Shown: piece by piece, positions 1 to 16,023 of the stretch
Position numbering within the stretch: the first letter of the stretch is position 1
Layout: each line of letters begins with the position of its first letter
Origin: an uncultured Actinomycetota bacterium
GTDB lineage: Bacteria; Actinomycetota; Actinomycetes; JACCUZ01
Direction: 5' to 3'
DNA length: 64,000 nucleotides
NCBI GenBank assembly: GCA_963846525.1
Contig: CAWJWE010000014.1
Span: forward strand, 37,047 to 101,046
Notes under the pieces: model-generated
The model's input: only the letters and a program-made list of their open reading frames with translations
Told to the model about the DNA's origin: nothing
Databases searched by the model: none
Translations under genes and position numbers: made by a program

Positions 1-636
1 CGATGTTCCCGCTCGGTGACACGCCGAAGGCCGACGTCCGCGCGCGAGGCCGAGGCCCGCGGTCTGGCCGTCGCCGACAAGCCGGACAGCCACGACATCT
101 GCTTCATCGCCGACGGCGACACGGCGGGGTTCCTGCGCGACCGACTCGGTGCGGAGCCGGGCGCGGTCGTCGACACCGACGGCGTGGAGGTCGGGGAGCA
201 CGACGGTGCGTACGCGTTCACCGTCGGTCAGCGCAAGGGCCTGCGCATCGGCCGACCGGCACCGGACGGCCTGCCGCGCTACGTGCTCGACGTGTCGCCG
301 GTGACCAGCACCGTCACCGTGGGTCCGGCCGAGCTGCTCGACGTCCGCCGGCTGGTCGGCGTCCGGCCGGTGTGGAGCGGGCCTGCTCCCGACGTACCGA
401 CCGGGTGTCTCGCCCAGGTGCGCGCCCACGGCGAGCCGGTGGCCGCGACCGCGTGGTGCGACGGCGGGTCACTCGTCGTCGAGCTCGCCGAGCCGCTGCG
501 CGGCGTCGCGCCGGGCCAGGCGGTCGTGCTGTACGACGGCGAGACGGTGCTCGGCTCGGCGACCATCGACGAGACCTCCCCGACGAGCGGTCAGCTGCCC
601 ACGGTGCCCGTCTCCACGGCCCCGGCCCGCTCGTAG
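1..636 (+). CDS. mnmA: tRNA 2-thiouridine(34) synthase MnmA, C-terminal part. Partial at the window edge, with one frameshift near nt 40.
   Basis: Frame-3 '[13 protein letters not shown]' joins frame-1 '[25 protein letters not shown]...'. The DSHDICF motif is typical of MnmA. The ORF ends at 636. Confidence 0.75.
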   Translation, partial: RCSRSVTRRRPTSAREAEARGLAVADKPDSHDICFIADGDTAGFLRDRLGAEPGAVVDTDGVEVGEHDGAYAFTVGQRKGLRIGRPAPDGLPRYVLDVSPVTSTVTVGPAELLDVRRLVGVRPVWSGPAPDVPTGCLAQVRAHGEPVAATAWCDGGSLVVELAEPLRGVAPGQAVVLYDGETVLGSATIDETSPTSGQLPTVPVSTAPARS

Positions 637-1213
637 GTCAGCAGCTGCAGGCCGCGGCCGGTCACGGAGTGGTCGACCAGCGTGAACGCCCTTGGTGCAG
701 CGCCGCCCTCGAAGAGCCGCTTGCCGGCGCCGAGGACGACCGGAGCGACGAGCAGCCGATACGTGTCGACCAGGTCGTGCGCCGCCAGGCTCTGCACCAG
801 GTTCGCGCTGCCGTGGACCTGCAGCTCGTTGCCGCGGTCGCGCCTTGAGCTGCTGCACGGCCTCGGCGAGCGTCGCCCTCGAGCAGATGGCAGTGCGCCC
901 TGCCAGGTCAGCTCGGGCGAGGTCGTGCGACGCCACGTACTTGGGCAGGGCGTTCAGCTGCCCGGGCGACCGGGTCGCTGTCGCCTGCCGCGGGCCAGTA
1001 GCCGGCGAAGATGTGGTAGGTCCGGCGGCCGAGCAGGAACGTCGTCCACCTGGCTCGAAGACTGCCGTCGATGAAGCGGCCGAAGTCGTCGTCGACGTAC
1101 GGCACCAGCCAGCCGCCGTGCTCGAACCCGCCGTCGCGGTCCTCGTCCGGGCCGCCGGGGCCCTGCATGACGCCGTCGAGGGTGAGGAAGGTCGTGACGG
1201 TCAGGCGCATCGT
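591..1213 (-). CDS. Dihydrofolate-reductase family protein (RibD C-terminal-domain type), frameshifted between about 800 and 905.
   Basis: N-terminal part '[21 protein letters not shown]...[11 protein letters not shown]' in ORF 908..1297(-). C-terminal part '[24 protein letters not shown]...' in ORF 591..797(-), in a different frame. Confidence 0.6.
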
Positions 1214-1305
1214 GGGGCTCCCGGGGTCGAGGGCTGCGGGTGTCGGTCGGGGAAAAGACTGCCGCACCGTCGGAGAGTCATCGGTCCTGGACCGCACTGG
1301 CTACG

Positions 1306-1788
1306 GTGGGCGCCGTGAGCGACGCGGACCGACGCTGGCTCGAGGCCGTGGTGGCCCGGGCCACGGGCAACGTGGGCGACGGTGGCGGCCCGTTCGCTGC
1401 GGTCGTGGTCCGCGGCGACGACCGGTCGGCGAGGGCGTCAACCGGGTGACCCGCGACCTCGACCCCACGGCGCACGCCGAGGTGGTCGCGATCCGGGCGG
1501 CCTGCCAGGCGCTGGGCGACCACGTCCTGACCGGCTGCGTCCTGGTGTCGCTCCTGCGAGCCGTGCCCGCTGTGCCTGTCGGCGGCGTTGTGGGCGCGGG
1601 TCGACCGGGTCGTCTACGCCGCCGACCGCCACGACGCGGCACGGGCCGGCTTCGACGACCGTGCGTTCTACGAGATGTTCGACCGGCCGCGGGACTCCTG
1701 GGAGTTCTCGGTGGCGCAGCAGCGGGTCGGTGCGGCTGCCGAGCCGTTCGACGCCTGGCTGGCGCACGCCGACCGGGTCGACTACTGA
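1306..1788 (+). CDS. Nucleoside (guanine/cytidine-type) deaminase of the CDA fold, with two frameshifts.
   Basis: 'SDADRRWLEAVVARATGNVGDGGGPFAAVVV' (frame 1), then 'HAEVVAIRAACQALGDHVLTGCVLV' (frame 3, the zinc-binding HAE motif), then 'WARVDRVVYAADRHDAARAGFDD...' (frame 1). Start is a GTG at 1306; the exact start is uncertain. Confidence 0.6.
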
Positions 1789-4875
<3,087 letters not shown>

Positions 4876-4932
4876 GATGGACGGGCCGTCCGGCCCGGGA
4901 CGGCCCGCGACCCTCAAGGAGCCTCCCCGCGC

Positions 4933-5241
4933 ATGACCAGCAGCGGCTCGATCACCCGCGACGAGGTGGCGCACCTCGCGCGGCTCGCCCGGCTGGCCCT
5001 CGACGACGACGAGCTCGACCGCTTCGGCGGCCAGCTCGACGCGATCGTGTCGGCGATCTCCCGGATCGGTGACCTGGACACCGCCGACGTGCCGCCCACC
5101 TCGCACGCGCTGCCGCTGACCAACGTGACCCGGCCCGACGAGGTCCGGCCGGGGCTGACCCAGGAGCAGGCGCTCTCCGGCGCCCCCGCCGCCGAGGGCG
5201 GCCGGTTCCGCGTCCCGCGCATCCTCGACGCGGAGGCGTGA
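4933..5241 (+). CDS. gatC: Asp-tRNA(Asn)/Glu-tRNA(Gln) amidotransferase subunit C.
   Basis: 102 aa, '[33 protein letters not shown]'. Immediately precedes gatA with a 4-nt overlap. Confidence 0.9.
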   Translation: MTSSGSITRDEVAHLARLARLALDDDELDRFGGQLDAIVSAISRIGDLDTADVPPTSHALPLTNVTRPDEVRPGLTQEQALSGAPAAEGGRFRVPRILDAEA

Positions 5242-6764
5242 CCATGAGCGACCTGATCCGGCTCACCGCCGCCGAGACGGCCGCTGCCGTCGCCTCCGGC
5301 GAGACCAGTGCGGCCGAGGTCACCGACGCGCACCTGGCCCGGATCGAGGCCGTCGACCCCGCGGTGCACGCTTTCCTGCACGTCGACGCCGCCGGTGCCC
5401 GGGACACGGCCCGACGGGTCGACGCCAGGCTAGGGGCCGGTGAGCAGCTCGGGCCGCTGGCCGGCGTACCGCTGGCGCTCAAGGACGTCATCGTCACCGA
5501 GGGGATCCCCACCACCTGCGGGTCGCGGATGCTCGAGGGCTGGCGCCCGCCGTACGACGCGACCGTGGTGCGCCGGCTGCGCGAGGCCGGCGTCGTGGTC
5601 CTCGGCAAGACGAACATGGACGAGTTCGCGATGGGTAGCTCGACCGAGCACTCGGCCTTCGGGCCCACCCACAACCCGTGGGACCTCGACCGCATCCCCG
5701 GCGGCTCGGGTGGCGGCTCGGCGGCGGCGGTGGCGGCGTTCGAGGCACCCATCGCGGTGGGCACCGACACCGGTGGCTCGATCCGTCAGCCGGCCGCGGT
5801 CACCGGCACGGTCGGTGTGAAGCCGACGTACGGCGGGGTGAGCCGCTACGGCCTGGTCGCGCTGGCGTCCTCGCTGGACCAGGCCGGGCCGTGCGCCCGG
5901 ACCGTGCTCGACGCCGCGCTGCTGCACGCCACCATCGCCGGCCACGACCCGCTCGACTCGACCTCGATCGACGCACCGGTGCCGGACGTGGTGGCCGCTG
6001 CGCGGCTCCAGGACGTCACGGGCATGCGGATCGGTGTCGTCAAGCAGCTCGGCGGCGAGGGCTACCAGGCCGGTGTCGAGCAGCGCTTCCGGGAGGCTGT
6101 CGAGCTGCTCGAGAAGCTCGGCGCCGAGGTGGTCGAGGTCGACTGCCCGCACTTCGAGTACGCGCTGCCGGCTTACTACCTGATCCTGCCGAGCGAGTGC
6201 TCGTCGAACCTGGCGCGCTTCGACGGGATGCGCTACGGGCTGCGGGTGGGCGACGACGGCAGTGGCAGCGCCGAGGACGTCATGTCCGTCACCCGCGCGG
6301 CCGGGTTCGGGGCGGAGGCGAAGCGACGCATCATGCTCGGCACCTACGCGTTGTCCAGCGGCTACTACGACGCCTACTACGGGCAGGCGCAGAAGGTCCG
6401 CACCCTCGTGGTGCGCGACTTCGACGCGGCCTTCGAGCAGGCCGACGTGCTGGTGTCGCCGACCACGCCGACAACGGCGTTCAAGCTCGGCGAGCGGCTC
6501 GACGACCCGCTCGCGATGTACCTCGCCGACCTGTGCACCATCCCGTCGAACCTCGCCGGCAACGCCTCGATGTCCCTGCCGGTCGGCCTGGCGCCCGAGG
6601 ACGGGCTGCCGGTCGGCCTGCAGGTGATGGCGCCGCCGACCGCCGACGACCGGCTCTACCGGGTGGGCGGTGCGCTGGAGGCTGCGCTCACCGACCGGTG
6701 GGGGCACCTGCTGATCGACGAGGCGCCCGACCTCGCCGCGACCACCACGGAGGGAACGCAGTGA
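5238..6764 (+). CDS. gatA: Glu-tRNA(Gln) amidotransferase subunit A.
   Basis: Amidase signature '[13 protein letters not shown]', '[13 protein letters not shown]'. 508 aa. Confidence 0.95.
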   Translation: MTMSDLIRLTAAETAAAVASGETSAAEVTDAHLARIEAVDPAVHAFLHVDAAGARDTARRVDARLGAGEQLGPLAGVPLALKDVIVTEGIPTTCGSRMLEGWRPPYDATVVRRLREAGVVVLGKTNMDEFAMGSSTEHSAFGPTHNPWDLDRIPGGSGGGSAAAVAAFEAPIAVGTDTGGSIRQPAAVTGTVGVKPTYGGVSRYGLVALASSLDQAGPCARTVLDAALLHATIAGHDPLDSTSIDAPVPDVVAAARLQDVTGMRIGVVKQLGGEGYQAGVEQRFREAVELLEKLGAEVVEVDCPHFEYALPAYYLILPSECSSNLARFDGMRYGLRVGDDGSGSAEDVMSVTRAAGFGAEAKRRIMLGTYALSSGYYDAYYGQAQKVRTLVVRDFDAAFEQADVLVSPTTPTTAFKLGERLDDPLAMYLADLCTIPSNLAGNASMSLPVGLAPEDGLPVGLQVMAPPTADDRLYRVGGALEAALTDRWGHLLIDEAPDLAATTTEGTQ

Positions 6765-6955
6765 CCAAGGCCAAGACGCTGATCACGATCGTCGGCACCG
6801 TGATGGCGGGGCGCACCGCGCTGAACCGCGTCCGGCAGGCGCGCGAGGACGGCGACCGGCTCGAGCTGCTCGACGCGTTCCTCAACGCGGCCGTGGTCAT
6901 CACCGGCCTGATCGTCATCGTCCGGCGGATGCGCCGGGGCGAGGACGAAGCATGA
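6761..6955 (+). CDS. Small predicted membrane protein (64 aa) embedded in the gatCAB operon.
   Basis: GTG at 6761 overlaps the gatA TGA (caGTGAcc). Its TGA overlaps the gatB ATG (gcATGAcc). Hydrophobic segment '[15 protein letters not shown]'. Confidence 0.4.
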   Translation: MTKAKTLITIVGTVMAGRTALNRVRQAREDGDRLELLDAFLNAAVVITGLIVIVRRMRRGEDEA

Positions 6956-8487
6956 CCGAGACCCACGTCAGCACGGCAGCGCCAGGCCTGGCTGACTACG
7001 ACGAAGCAGTCGCCGCCTACGACCCGGTCCTCGGCCTCGAGGTGCACGTCGAGCTCGGCACGGCGACCAAGATGTTCTGTGGCTGCGACACCACCTTCGG
7101 TGCTCCGCCCAACAGCCAGGTCTGCCCGACCTGCCTGGGCCTGCCCGGCTCATTGCCGGTCCTCAACGCGGTGGCGGTCGAGTCGACGATCCGGATGGGG
7201 CTGGCGCTCGACTGCGACATCGCGACCTGGTGCCGGTTCGCGCGCAAGAACTACTTCTACCCGGACATGCCGAAGAACTTCCAGACCTCGCAGTACGACG
7301 AGCCGATCTGCACCGACGGCCACCTCGAGGTCGACGTCGAGACCGACGACGGGCCGCGCACGTTCCGGATCGAGATCGAGCGCGTGCACATGGAGGAGGA
7401 CACCGGGAAGTCGCTGCACGTCGGCGGCGCGACCGGCCGCATCCACGGCGCCGACTACTCGCTGGTCGACTACAACCGAGCCGGCATCCCGCTCATCGAG
7501 ATCGTCACCAAGCCGGTCGAGGGCACCGGTGAGCTGGCGCCCCAGGTAGCCCGGGCCTACGTCACGGCGTTGCGCGAGCTGATGCGCACCCTCGGCGTGT
7601 CCGACGTCCGGATGGAGCAGGGATCGTTGCGTTGCGACGTCAACCTGTCGTTGCGCCCCTCGCCTTCCGACCCACTCGGCACGCGGTCGGAGACGAAGAA
7701 CGTCAACTCGCTGCGCTCGGTCGAGCGCGCCCTGCAGCACGAGATCCGCCGGCAGGCCGCGCTGCTGTCGGCCGGCGGTCGGGTCGTGCAGGAGACCCGG
7801 CACTGGCACGAGGACACCGGCAGCACGACGTCCGGCCGTTCCAAGGAGCAGGCCGAGGACTACCGGTACTTCCCTGAGCCGGATCTCGTCCCGGTGGCCC
7901 CGGACCCGGCCTGGGTCGAGGAGCTGCGCGCCGGGCTGCCGGCCTCGCCCTCGGTCCGCCGCCGCGAGCTGCAGGACGCCTGGGGCGCGTCCGACCTCGA
8001 GATGCAGTCCCTGGTCAACGCCGGTGCAGTCGACCTCGTCGAGAGCACGGTCGCGGCCGGCGCCACGGCCGAGGCAGCCCGCAAGTGGTGGCTGGGTGAG
8101 CTGGCCCGGCACGCGAACGAGCGTCAGGTCGACCTCGCGGACCTGGTGATCACCCCGACCCAGGTGTCCCGGGTGGTGGCCCTCGTGGAGTCCGGCACCC
8201 TGAACGACACGCTGGCACGCCAGGTGATCGAGGGTGTCCTCGCCGGCGAGGGTGAGCCGGACGACGTGGTGCGGGCCCGCGGTCTCGCGGTCGTCAGCGA
8301 CGACACCGCCCTGCTCGTCGCTGTCGACGAGGCGCTCGCGGCCGACCCGGCCGTCGCGGAGAAGATCCGTGGCGGCAAGGTGGCGGCGGCCGGTGCGGTG
8401 GTCGGCGCGGTGATGAAGGCCACCCGCGGCCAGGCCGACGCCGGGCGGGTCCGCGAGCTGGTCCTGGAGCGCTGCGGCCGGTCCTGA
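6952..8487 (+). CDS. gatB: Asp/Glu-tRNA amidotransferase subunit B.
   Basis: '[39 protein letters not shown]'. 511 aa. Confidence 0.95.
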   Translation: MTETHVSTAAPGLADYDEAVAAYDPVLGLEVHVELGTATKMFCGCDTTFGAPPNSQVCPTCLGLPGSLPVLNAVAVESTIRMGLALDCDIATWCRFARKNYFYPDMPKNFQTSQYDEPICTDGHLEVDVETDDGPRTFRIEIERVHMEEDTGKSLHVGGATGRIHGADYSLVDYNRAGIPLIEIVTKPVEGTGELAPQVARAYVTALRELMRTLGVSDVRMEQGSLRCDVNLSLRPSPSDPLGTRSETKNVNSLRSVERALQHEIRRQAALLSAGGRVVQETRHWHEDTGSTTSGRSKEQAEDYRYFPEPDLVPVAPDPAWVEELRAGLPASPSVRRRELQDAWGASDLEMQSLVNAGAVDLVESTVAAGATAEAARKWWLGELARHANERQVDLADLVITPTQVSRVVALVESGTLNDTLARQVIEGVLAGEGEPDDVVRARGLAVVSDDTALLVAVDEALAADPAVAEKIRGGKVAAAGAVVGAVMKATRGQADAGRVRELVLERCGRS

Positions 8488-8506
8488 CGCGGTGCCACCC
8501 GCCTGG

Positions 8507-10144
8507 CTATGCGGTTTCGACGTGGGTCGGCGCGAACATCTGCAGGGTCGCCGGCAGGATGACGACGTTCGGCCCGTCCGCCGAAAGAGCCGACGCCAGG
8601 TCCTTCTCCAGCGCCTCGGGGCTGGTCAGCGTCGCCGGCACCGCGAAGGCGTGCGCCAGCGCAACGAAGTCCGGACGCGCGAGCTCGGTGCCGAAGGCCG
8701 AGCCGAACGCGCCGGTCATGTACTCGCGCAGGATCCCGTACCCCCCGTCATCGACGACCAGCCAGGTGACCGGCAGGTCGTGCTGGCGCGCGGTGGCCAG
8801 CTCGGCGAGGCCGTACATCGCGCCACCGTCGCCGGACACCGCGAGCACGCGGCGCCCGCCGGGCTGCGACGCCGCGGCGCCCAGCGCGGCCGGGTAGGCG
8901 TAGCCGAGGCCGCCCGCGCCCTGGGCCGAGCTCATGGCGCCGGAGCCGCGGGCGTCCCATGCCGACCAGGCCCAGTAGGTGAGGATCGTCATGTCCCAGA
9001 AGCTCGGGGTCTCGTCCGGCAGTGCCGAGCGCACGGCGTCGAGCACGCGGCGCTCGAGCGCCAGGTCCTGCCCGTCGAGCCGCTCCTGGACCCGGCCGAG
9101 CAGCTCCGCCACCCGCTTCTCGGCCGCACCGTCCGGGGTCCGCCGCTCGACACGTCCGAGCAGGCCCTCGATGGCCAGCCGGGCGTCGGCGTGCACGGCG
9201 AGCGCGGGATGGTTCGCCTCGAGCTTGCCGAGGTCGGCCTCGACCTGCACGAGCCGGCCGCGCGGACGGAAGGTGTGGTAGTTGCTGGACAGCTCGCCGA
9301 GGCCGCTGCCGACGACGAGCAGCACGTCGGCGTCCTCGAGCAGGTCCGTGGTGTGCCGGTCCTCCAGCCAGGACTGCAGCGAGAGCGGGTGCTGCCATGG
9401 GAATGCACCCTTGGCGCCGAAGGTCACAGCGACCGGGGCGCGAACGGCCTCGGCGAGCTCGAGCAGGGCTGCCTCGGCACCGGACCGGACGACGCCGCCG
9501 CCGGCCAGGACGACCGGACGCTCGGCACCGGCGAGCAACCGGGCCGCCTCGTCGAGCAGCTCGGCGCGTGGTGCGGGCAGCCGGGGCGCCACGGCCAGGT
9601 CGGTGACCGGTGGGATGCCCGCTTCGCCGAGCAGCACGTCTTGAGGGACCTCGACCCAGGTCGGCCCGTTCGGCGGCGTCAGTGCGGTCTCCCACGCGGC
9701 AGCCAGGGCGCCCGGAAGCTGCCCGGGCTGGGTCACGACCGTGGCGGACTTCACGATGTCGCGGACGCTGGCGCGTTGGTCGCGCAGCTCGTGCAGGTAG
9801 CCCTTGCGCAGCCCGCCGAGGCCGGACCGCGGGATCTGGCTGCTGACGGTCACGATCGGCACCGACGAGGCGGCGGCCTCCTGCAGCGCGGCGAGGCTGA
9901 TCAGCGCGCCGGGGCCGGTCGACACGAGCAGGGTCGCCGCCGACCCGGTCGTCCGGGCGTAGCCGTCGGCGGCGAAGCCGGCAGACAGCTCGGTGCGCAA
10001 CCCGACGTACCGGAGGTCCGAGCGTGCCAGTGCGGAGAACGTCCCCAGCGCATGCTGACCGGGGACGCCGAACACGGTGCGCGCACCGAGGGCGGTCAGG
10101 GTCTCGATCACCAGGTCGCCGCCGGTCCGGGCCGCGCTGCTCAC
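8507..10144 (-). CDS. Thiamine-pyrophosphate-dependent enzyme (acetolactate-synthase-like decarboxylase family).
   Basis: 545 aa. TPP N-domain '[11 protein letters not shown]...GYAR', and a C-terminal TPP-binding '[33 protein letters not shown]'. The GTG start overlaps the upstream gene's TGA. Confidence 0.8.
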   Translation of the reverse strand: MSSAARTGGDLVIETLTALGARTVFGVPGQHALGTFSALARSDLRYVGLRTELSAGFAADGYARTTGSAATLLVSTGPGALISLAALQEAAASSVPIVTVSSQIPRSGLGGLRKGYLHELRDQRASVRDIVKSATVVTQPGQLPGALAAAWETALTPPNGPTWVEVPQDVLLGEAGIPPVTDLAVAPRLPAPRAELLDEAARLLAGAERPVVLAGGGVVRSGAEAALLELAEAVRAPVAVTFGAKGAFPWQHPLSLQSWLEDRHTTDLLEDADVLLVVGSGLGELSSNYHTFRPRGRLVQVEADLGKLEANHPALAVHADARLAIEGLLGRVERRTPDGAAEKRVAELLGRVQERLDGQDLALERRVLDAVRSALPDETPSFWDMTILTYWAWSAWDARGSGAMSSAQGAGGLGYAYPAALGAAASQPGGRRVLAVSGDGGAMYGLAELATARQHDLPVTWLVVDDGGYGILREYMTGAFGSAFGTELARPDFVALAHAFAVPATLTSPEALEKDLASALSADGPNVVILPATLQMFAPTHVETA

Positions 10145-11112
10145 GACGGTGACCCGGGGGTGACGGCCATCATCGAGACCAGCTCGTACGCCACGTGCGA
10201 GGCGGCAACCGTCGTCATCTCGGCGTGATCGTACGGCGGGGAGACTTCGACCACGTCGGCGCCGACCAGCTGGCAGGCAGCCAGGCCGCGCAGGATCGCG
10301 AGCAGCTCGCGGCTGGTCATGCCCCCCGCCTCGGGTGTGCCGGTGCCGGGTGCGTGTGCGGGGTCGAGTACGTCGATGTCGATCGAGATGTACAAGGGCC
10401 GGGCGCCGATCCGTTCCTTGAGCCCGGCGACGACCTCCGCGACGCCTTGATGCATCACGTCCATCGACGTGACGATCCCGAAGCCCATCCGTGCGTCGTC
10501 GATCAGGTCACCCGGACCGTAGAGGGGACCACGGGTGCCGACGTGGCTGAGCGCCTCGATGTCCAGCAGCCCTTCCTCGTGCGCGCGGCGGAAGGGGGTC
10601 CCGTGGGTGTACCGCGCCCCGAAGTACGTGTCCCAGGTGTCGAGGTGCGCGTCGAAGTGCAGAAGTGCGACCGGGCCGTGCCGGCGTACGACGGAACGGA
10701 GTAGCGGCAGCGCGATGGTGTGGTCGCCACCGAGCGTGACCAGCCGCGCGCCGGTGCCGAGCAGGTGGTCGGCGCCGGCCTCGATCGCGGCCACCGCCTC
10801 GAGGATGTCGAACGGGTTCGCTGTGATGTCGCCGGCGTCGGCGACCTGCTGCGTCGCGAACGGCTCGACGTCCAGGCCCGGGTGGTAAGGGCGGAGGAGA
10901 CGGCTCGCCTCGCGGATGGCCGCGGGTCCGAAGCGCGCGCCGGGCCGGTAGGTGACGCCGGCGTCGAACGGCACACCGACGACGGCGACGTCGCACGACC
11001 CCACGTCCTCCAGCCGCGGGAGCCGGGCGAAGGTCGCGGGGCCGGCGAAACGCGGCACCACGGAGGCGTCCACCGGCCCGACCGGGGCGGTGTGGTCAGG
11101 GCTCGCGGTCAC
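10141..11112 (-). CDS. Agmatinase/arginase-family ureohydrolase (guanidino-hydrolase).
   Basis: 'GGDHTIALP', 'FDAHLDTWD', '[22 protein letters not shown]' (the Mn-binding ureohydrolase motifs). Start taken as the GTG at 11112, overlapping the regulator's stop. Confidence 0.85.
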   Translation of the reverse strand: MTASPDHTAPVGPVDASVVPRFAGPATFARLPRLEDVGSCDVAVVGVPFDAGVTYRPGARFGPAAIREASRLLRPYHPGLDVEPFATQQVADAGDITANPFDILEAVAAIEAGADHLLGTGARLVTLGGDHTIALPLLRSVVRRHGPVALLHFDAHLDTWDTYFGARYTHGTPFRRAHEEGLLDIEALSHVGTRGPLYGPGDLIDDARMGFGIVTSMDVMHQGVAEVVAGLKERIGARPLYISIDIDVLDPAHAPGTGTPEAGGMTSRELLAILRGLAACQLVGADVVEVSPPYDHAEMTTVAASHVAYELVSMMAVTPGSPS

Positions 11113-11738
11113 GTCGTCTCCTCGGTTGTCACGGCGGGGCTCCCGGGTGGCAGGGCTGGGGCGAAGACCCACAGCACTCGGGTGGTCACGTCCTGCGCGA
11201 TGCTGCGGAAGCAGTGCTCGTTGCGGGGCGGGAAGGTGAAGGCGTCACCCCTCTCGAGGACGACGGTGTGGTCTCGGAGCGTGACCTCCAGGCGGCCGTC
11301 GACGACGAAGACGAACTCCACGTCGGCCGGCAGGCCGTACAGCTCGTCACCGCTGCCCCCGCCGGGCTCGATCTCGCTGAGGATGGCCTGGACGCGCCGT
11401 TCGCCCTCCGGCGTGAGCAGGAACTCCGACATGCCGGTGCCGCCGAAGTTGATCGGCGGATAGTCGCCGCGCCGCACGACCTCGCCGGGCGAGGAGTGGA
11501 ACAGGCTCCCGACCTGGATGCCGAGCGTCTGGCAGAGCCGCATCAGTGAGGCCACCGACGCCGCGGCCTGGTCGCGCTCCAGCTTGGACAGGAAGCCCTT
11601 GGTGAGCCCGCTCTCGAGGGCCACCTCGGCCAGGGTCTTGCGCCCGGCCAGCCTCGCGGCCCTGAGCTGCGCGCCGATCCGGTGCCCGTCACCCTCGGGG
11701 GTCTGCCCGTCCGCCGGTGACCCTGGTCGGCGAGTCAT
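11109..11738 (-). CDS. XRE-family HTH transcriptional regulator with a C-terminal cupin domain (PuuR-like architecture).
   Basis: 209 aa from the ATG at 11738. HTH '[36 protein letters not shown]', and a cupin region '[16 protein letters not shown]...[10 protein letters not shown]'. Confidence 0.75.
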   Translation of the reverse strand: MTRRPGSPADGQTPEGDGHRIGAQLRAARLAGRKTLAEVALESGLTKGFLSKLERDQAAASVASLMRLCQTLGIQVGSLFHSSPGEVVRRGDYPPINFGGTGMSEFLLTPEGERRVQAILSEIEPGGGSGDELYGLPADVEFVFVVDGRLEVTLRDHTVVLERGDAFTFPPRNEHCFRSIAQDVTTRVLWVFAPALPPGSPAVTTEETT

Positions 11739-11960
11739 CTCCCTGCTCCGTCCCGTCCCACGCGACCGCCCGGAGGGCGGGTCGTCCCCGCCATGAAACA
11801 CCACGTCACTGTCAGGAAACAAGGGTTGACAAGAGGAAAACTTCAGGTGATTCTGGCGTGACGCAGGCCACACCCGGCGCCTGGTCCAGCCCTCCGCCGT
11901 CACCCGGGCACGCCCCGACGACGTCCGGCTGGACGCCACCCCGTCGTGAGGAGCCCGACC

Positions 11961-12899
11961 ATGACCATCACCCGACCCACCCGATCCAGCCGAGCGGGCC
12001 GGCTGGCGCTCGTCCCGGCCGTCCTTACGGCCGCCCTCCTGGTGGCGGGCTGCGGCGGCGGGGACGCCGAGACCAGTGGGGCCGGCTCGAAGAGCAGTGT
12101 CCCGACCCAGGAGGAGAACGTCTCGCTGCACGACCAGCTGCCCGAGGACATCCAGTCCGCAGGCAAGGTCAACATCGGGACGGAGGCGCTGTACCCGCCC
12201 TTCGAGTCCTTCGCGGAGGACAACAAGACCATCGTCGGGCTGGACCCCGACCTGGCGAACGCGCTCGGCCAGTTGCTCGGCATCGAGGTGACCATGACGC
12301 ACACCGCGTTCGACGGGCTGCTCACGGCCCTCGACGGTGGGCGGTTCGACCTGGTGATGGCCGCCATCACCGACACCACCGAGCGGCAAGCCAAGTACGA
12401 CTTCGTCGACTACTTCACGACCGGCCAGGCCATCGTCGTGAAGAAGGGCAACCCGGAGAAGATCGCGGCGATCGAGGACCTCTGCGGCAAGAACGTCTCG
12501 GTGCTGGTCGCCTCGACCCAGGAGAAGCTGCTCGGTGAGTTCAACGGTGACCAGTGCGCGTCGGACAAGATCAAGGTGACCGCGCTGCCGAACGACAAGG
12601 ACGCGCTGCTGCAGGTCCGGACCGGCCGCGCGGATGCCTCCTTCACCCAGGACGCCGTCGGTCGCTACAACTCTCGCACCATCGGGGGCGGCAACCAGTT
12701 CGAGGTCGCCAACTCCGAGCCGGTGCTGCCGGTCCCGGTCGGGATCGTCTTCACCAAGGACGACACCCAGCTCCGGGATGCGTTCAAGGCGGCCCTCGAG
12801 GAGCTCATCGCGAACGGGACGTACGACCAGATCCTGGCCAAGAATGACCTCAGCGGGGGCGCCAACAAGGACGCCACCATCAACGGTGGAACCTCCTGA
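11961..12899 (+). CDS. Polar amino-acid ABC transporter substrate-binding lipoprotein.
   Basis: Lipobox 'LLVAGCGG'. SBP family-3-like 'KVNIGTEALYPPFES...IVGLDPDLANALGQLLG...FDLVMAAITDT'. Confidence 0.8.
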   Translation: MTITRPTRSSRAGRLALVPAVLTAALLVAGCGGGDAETSGAGSKSSVPTQEENVSLHDQLPEDIQSAGKVNIGTEALYPPFESFAEDNKTIVGLDPDLANALGQLLGIEVTMTHTAFDGLLTALDGGRFDLVMAAITDTTERQAKYDFVDYFTTGQAIVVKKGNPEKIAAIEDLCGKNVSVLVASTQEKLLGEFNGDQCASDKIKVTALPNDKDALLQVRTGRADASFTQDAVGRYNSRTIGGGNQFEVANSEPVLPVPVGIVFTKDDTQLRDAFKAALEELIANGTYDQILAKNDLSGGANKDATINGGTS

Positions 12900-12910
12900 C
12901 GGGACCAGTC

Positions 12911-13842
12911 ATGGCATCGAACATCCACACGAGCGGCGGGCCTGCCGGTGCGGCGGAGCGGGACAGCGAACCGATCAAGGCGATCCCGGTCCGGCACTGG
13001 GGCCAGTGGGTCTCGGCAGTGGTCGTGCTCGTGCTCGTCTCGGCGCTCGTGTACTCGGTGGCGACCAACGACAACCTGCAGTGGTCGGTGGTCGGGGACC
13101 ACATCACCGAGCGGTCGGTGCTGCGCGGCCTGTGGGTCACCATCCAGCTGACGGTGCTCTCCATGGTGCTGGGGATCGCGCTCGGGATCGTGGTAGCCGT
13201 GATGCGGCTCTCGAGCAACAAGGTGCTCGGCACCGTCAGCTGGTTCTACATCTGGCTCTTCCGGGGCACGCCCGTGCTCGTCCAGCTGCTCGTCTGGTTC
13301 AACCTGGCGCTGTTCTTCCCGACCATCGGCTTCGGCCCGCTCGAGGCGGATACGAACGACCTCATCAAGCCGTTCGTCGCAGCACTGCTGGCGCTCGCAC
13401 TCAACGAGGCCGCCTACATGGCTGAGGTGGTGCGGGCCGGCATCCTGGCCGTCGACCCGGGGCAGGCCGAGGCATCCCACGCCCTCGGCATGACCCAGGG
13501 CCAGACGATGCGCCGGATCGTGCTCCCGCAGGCCATGCGGGTCATCATCCCGCCGACGGGCAACGAGACGATCACCATGCTCAAGACGACCTCGCTCGTT
13601 CTCGTCGTCGGCGCAGGTGACCTGCTCACCCGGACGTCCGCGATCGCCGCGCGCGAGTTCACGACCATCGAGATGCTCATGGTGGCGAGCTTCTGGTACC
13701 TCGTGCTGACGTCGGTCGCCAGCTACGGGCAATACCACCTGGAGCGCCGGTTCGCTCGCGGGTCGGCCGGCACCCTGCCCCCCACCCTGGGGCAGCGGAT
13801 CCTCGCGAACCTCCGACCCGGCCGCGTCCAGGGAAGTGCCCG

Positions 13843-13846
<4 letters not shown>
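12911..13846 (+). CDS. Amino-acid ABC transporter permease.
   Basis: Multi-TM, with the EAA-like motif '[25 protein letters not shown]'. Confidence 0.85.
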
Positions 13847-14607
<761 letters not shown>

Positions 14608-14669
14608 TGTCCGACGGGCCTACCTGACGGTCAGGGGTACCGGTTCCGGGCGCGGGTAGCAACCCGACG

Positions 14670-15413
14670 ATGCCCTCCCTCACGAACCAGCAGGCTGGCC
14701 CGGTCGGCCCACCCGAGCGCCGCTTCGGCGTGCGAGCGCTGGTCGCCTCGGTCGCTTTGGTCTTGGTCGCGGTCCCGTTCGGGCTGCTGTTCGTCCTGGT
14801 ACAGGGGGAGTGGGGGCCGCTGGCCCGCGCCGACGCCGGCGCCCGGGACGACCTCTACGCCTACGCCGTCGAGCACGCCCCGTTCGTGACCGCGATGAAG
14901 GCGTTGAGCGACAGCGGCTCGACCCTGGCGTACCTGGTCGTGTTCGGCGCGGTCGGCGGGTGGCTGCTGTGGCGTCGGCTGCCGCGGCTGGCGCTGTTCG
15001 TCGTCGTGACCGTCGCCGGCAGCGCCGTACTCAACCAGGTCGTGAAGGTGTCGGTGGACCGCTCGCGACCGGTTCTGCCGGACCCGGTCGCGCACGCGAG
15101 CGGCCTGAGCTTCCCCAGTGGGCATGCCCAGGCCGCCCTCGTCGGGTACGCCGTGCTGCTTCTCGTAGTCCTGCCGGTGCTGCACGGCATCTGGCGGGCC
15201 ATCGCGGTCGCCGTCGCGGTACTGATGGTCCTGGCCATCGGCTTCTCCCGGGTGGCGCTGGGGGTGCACTACGTCTCCGACGTGCTCGCCGGCTACGTCC
15301 TGGGCGCGGCCTGGGTGCTCGCCATGACCGCGGCGTTCAACGGCCAGGTCAGCCCACGAGGCCGAGGTGCAGCACCGACCCCGCCGGATGCTCCTCGCGA
15401 CCGTGCGGGGTGA
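14670..15413 (+). CDS. PAP2-family (phosphatidic acid phosphatase type 2) membrane phosphatase.
   Basis: 'KVSVDRSRP', 'PSGH', 'SRVALGVHYVSDV' motifs. 3' end overlaps the convergent gene. Confidence 0.7.
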   Translation: MPSLTNQQAGPVGPPERRFGVRALVASVALVLVAVPFGLLFVLVQGEWGPLARADAGARDDLYAYAVEHAPFVTAMKALSDSGSTLAYLVVFGAVGGWLLWRRLPRLALFVVVTVAGSAVLNQVVKVSVDRSRPVLPDPVAHASGLSFPSGHAQAALVGYAVLLLVVLPVLHGIWRAIAVAVAVLMVLAIGFSRVALGVHYVSDVLAGYVLGAAWVLAMTAAFNGQVSPRGRGAAPTPPDAPRDRAG

Positions 15414-16023
15414 GCACCCAGACCGACTGACGCCCGACGACCTCCCACTCGTCCGGGTCCTCGCGCCAGCCGCCGACCAGGGCGGTGTCCTCGTCGATGC
15501 CGACGGCGGTCACCCCCGGCGGCGGGTTCGAGACCCGGGTCAGCACCACATCGGGCAGCCGGCCGGCGAACCGGTCGAAGTGCGGCAGCACGCTGAGCTG
15601 CGGCACGGCCCCGAGTCCGGGTACCGGGTCGCGGAACGGGTGCCGGATGTCGGGCACCTGCCCGGTCAGTGCCATCGCACCCGCGCTGCAGCCGGCCAGG
15701 GCCGCGCCGCCGCGCCACGCGGCCTCGATCGCTGACCAGACCCGCGTCTCGCGCAACGTGGTGGCGAGGAACGGCGGGTTGCCGCCGGAGAGGTAGACCA
15801 GCCCGGCGCCGTCCACCAGCCCGGCCAGCTCCGCGTCGTCCGCGCTGATCCGGTCGACGACCGGGACGACGACCTGCTGGACGCCGAGCCGCTCCGCCGA
15901 CGCGCGACCGAGCGCGTGCCACCGGCCCAGCGACGCCGGGCCTTCGGGCGCAGCAGCCGTCGCCAGCTGCACGAACCGCGGCGGTCGTCCCTCGAGCAGC
16001 CGACCCTCGACCTCGGCCATCAC
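15349..16023 (-). CDS. Peptidase S51 / class I glutamine-amidotransferase-like protein.
   Basis: 'VYLSGGNPPFL', 'GCSAGAMAL'. About 224 aa. Confidence 0.5.
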   Translation of the reverse strand: MMAEVEGRLLEGRPPRFVQLATAAAPEGPASLGRWHALGRASAERLGVQQVVVPVVDRISADDAELAGLVDGAGLVYLSGGNPPFLATTLRETRVWSAIEAAWRGGAALAGCSAGAMALTGQVPDIRHPFRDPVPGLGAVPQLSVLPHFDRFAGRLPDVVLTRVSNPPPGVTAVGIDEDTALVGGWREDPDEWEVVGRQSVWVLTPHGREEHPAGSVLHLGLVG

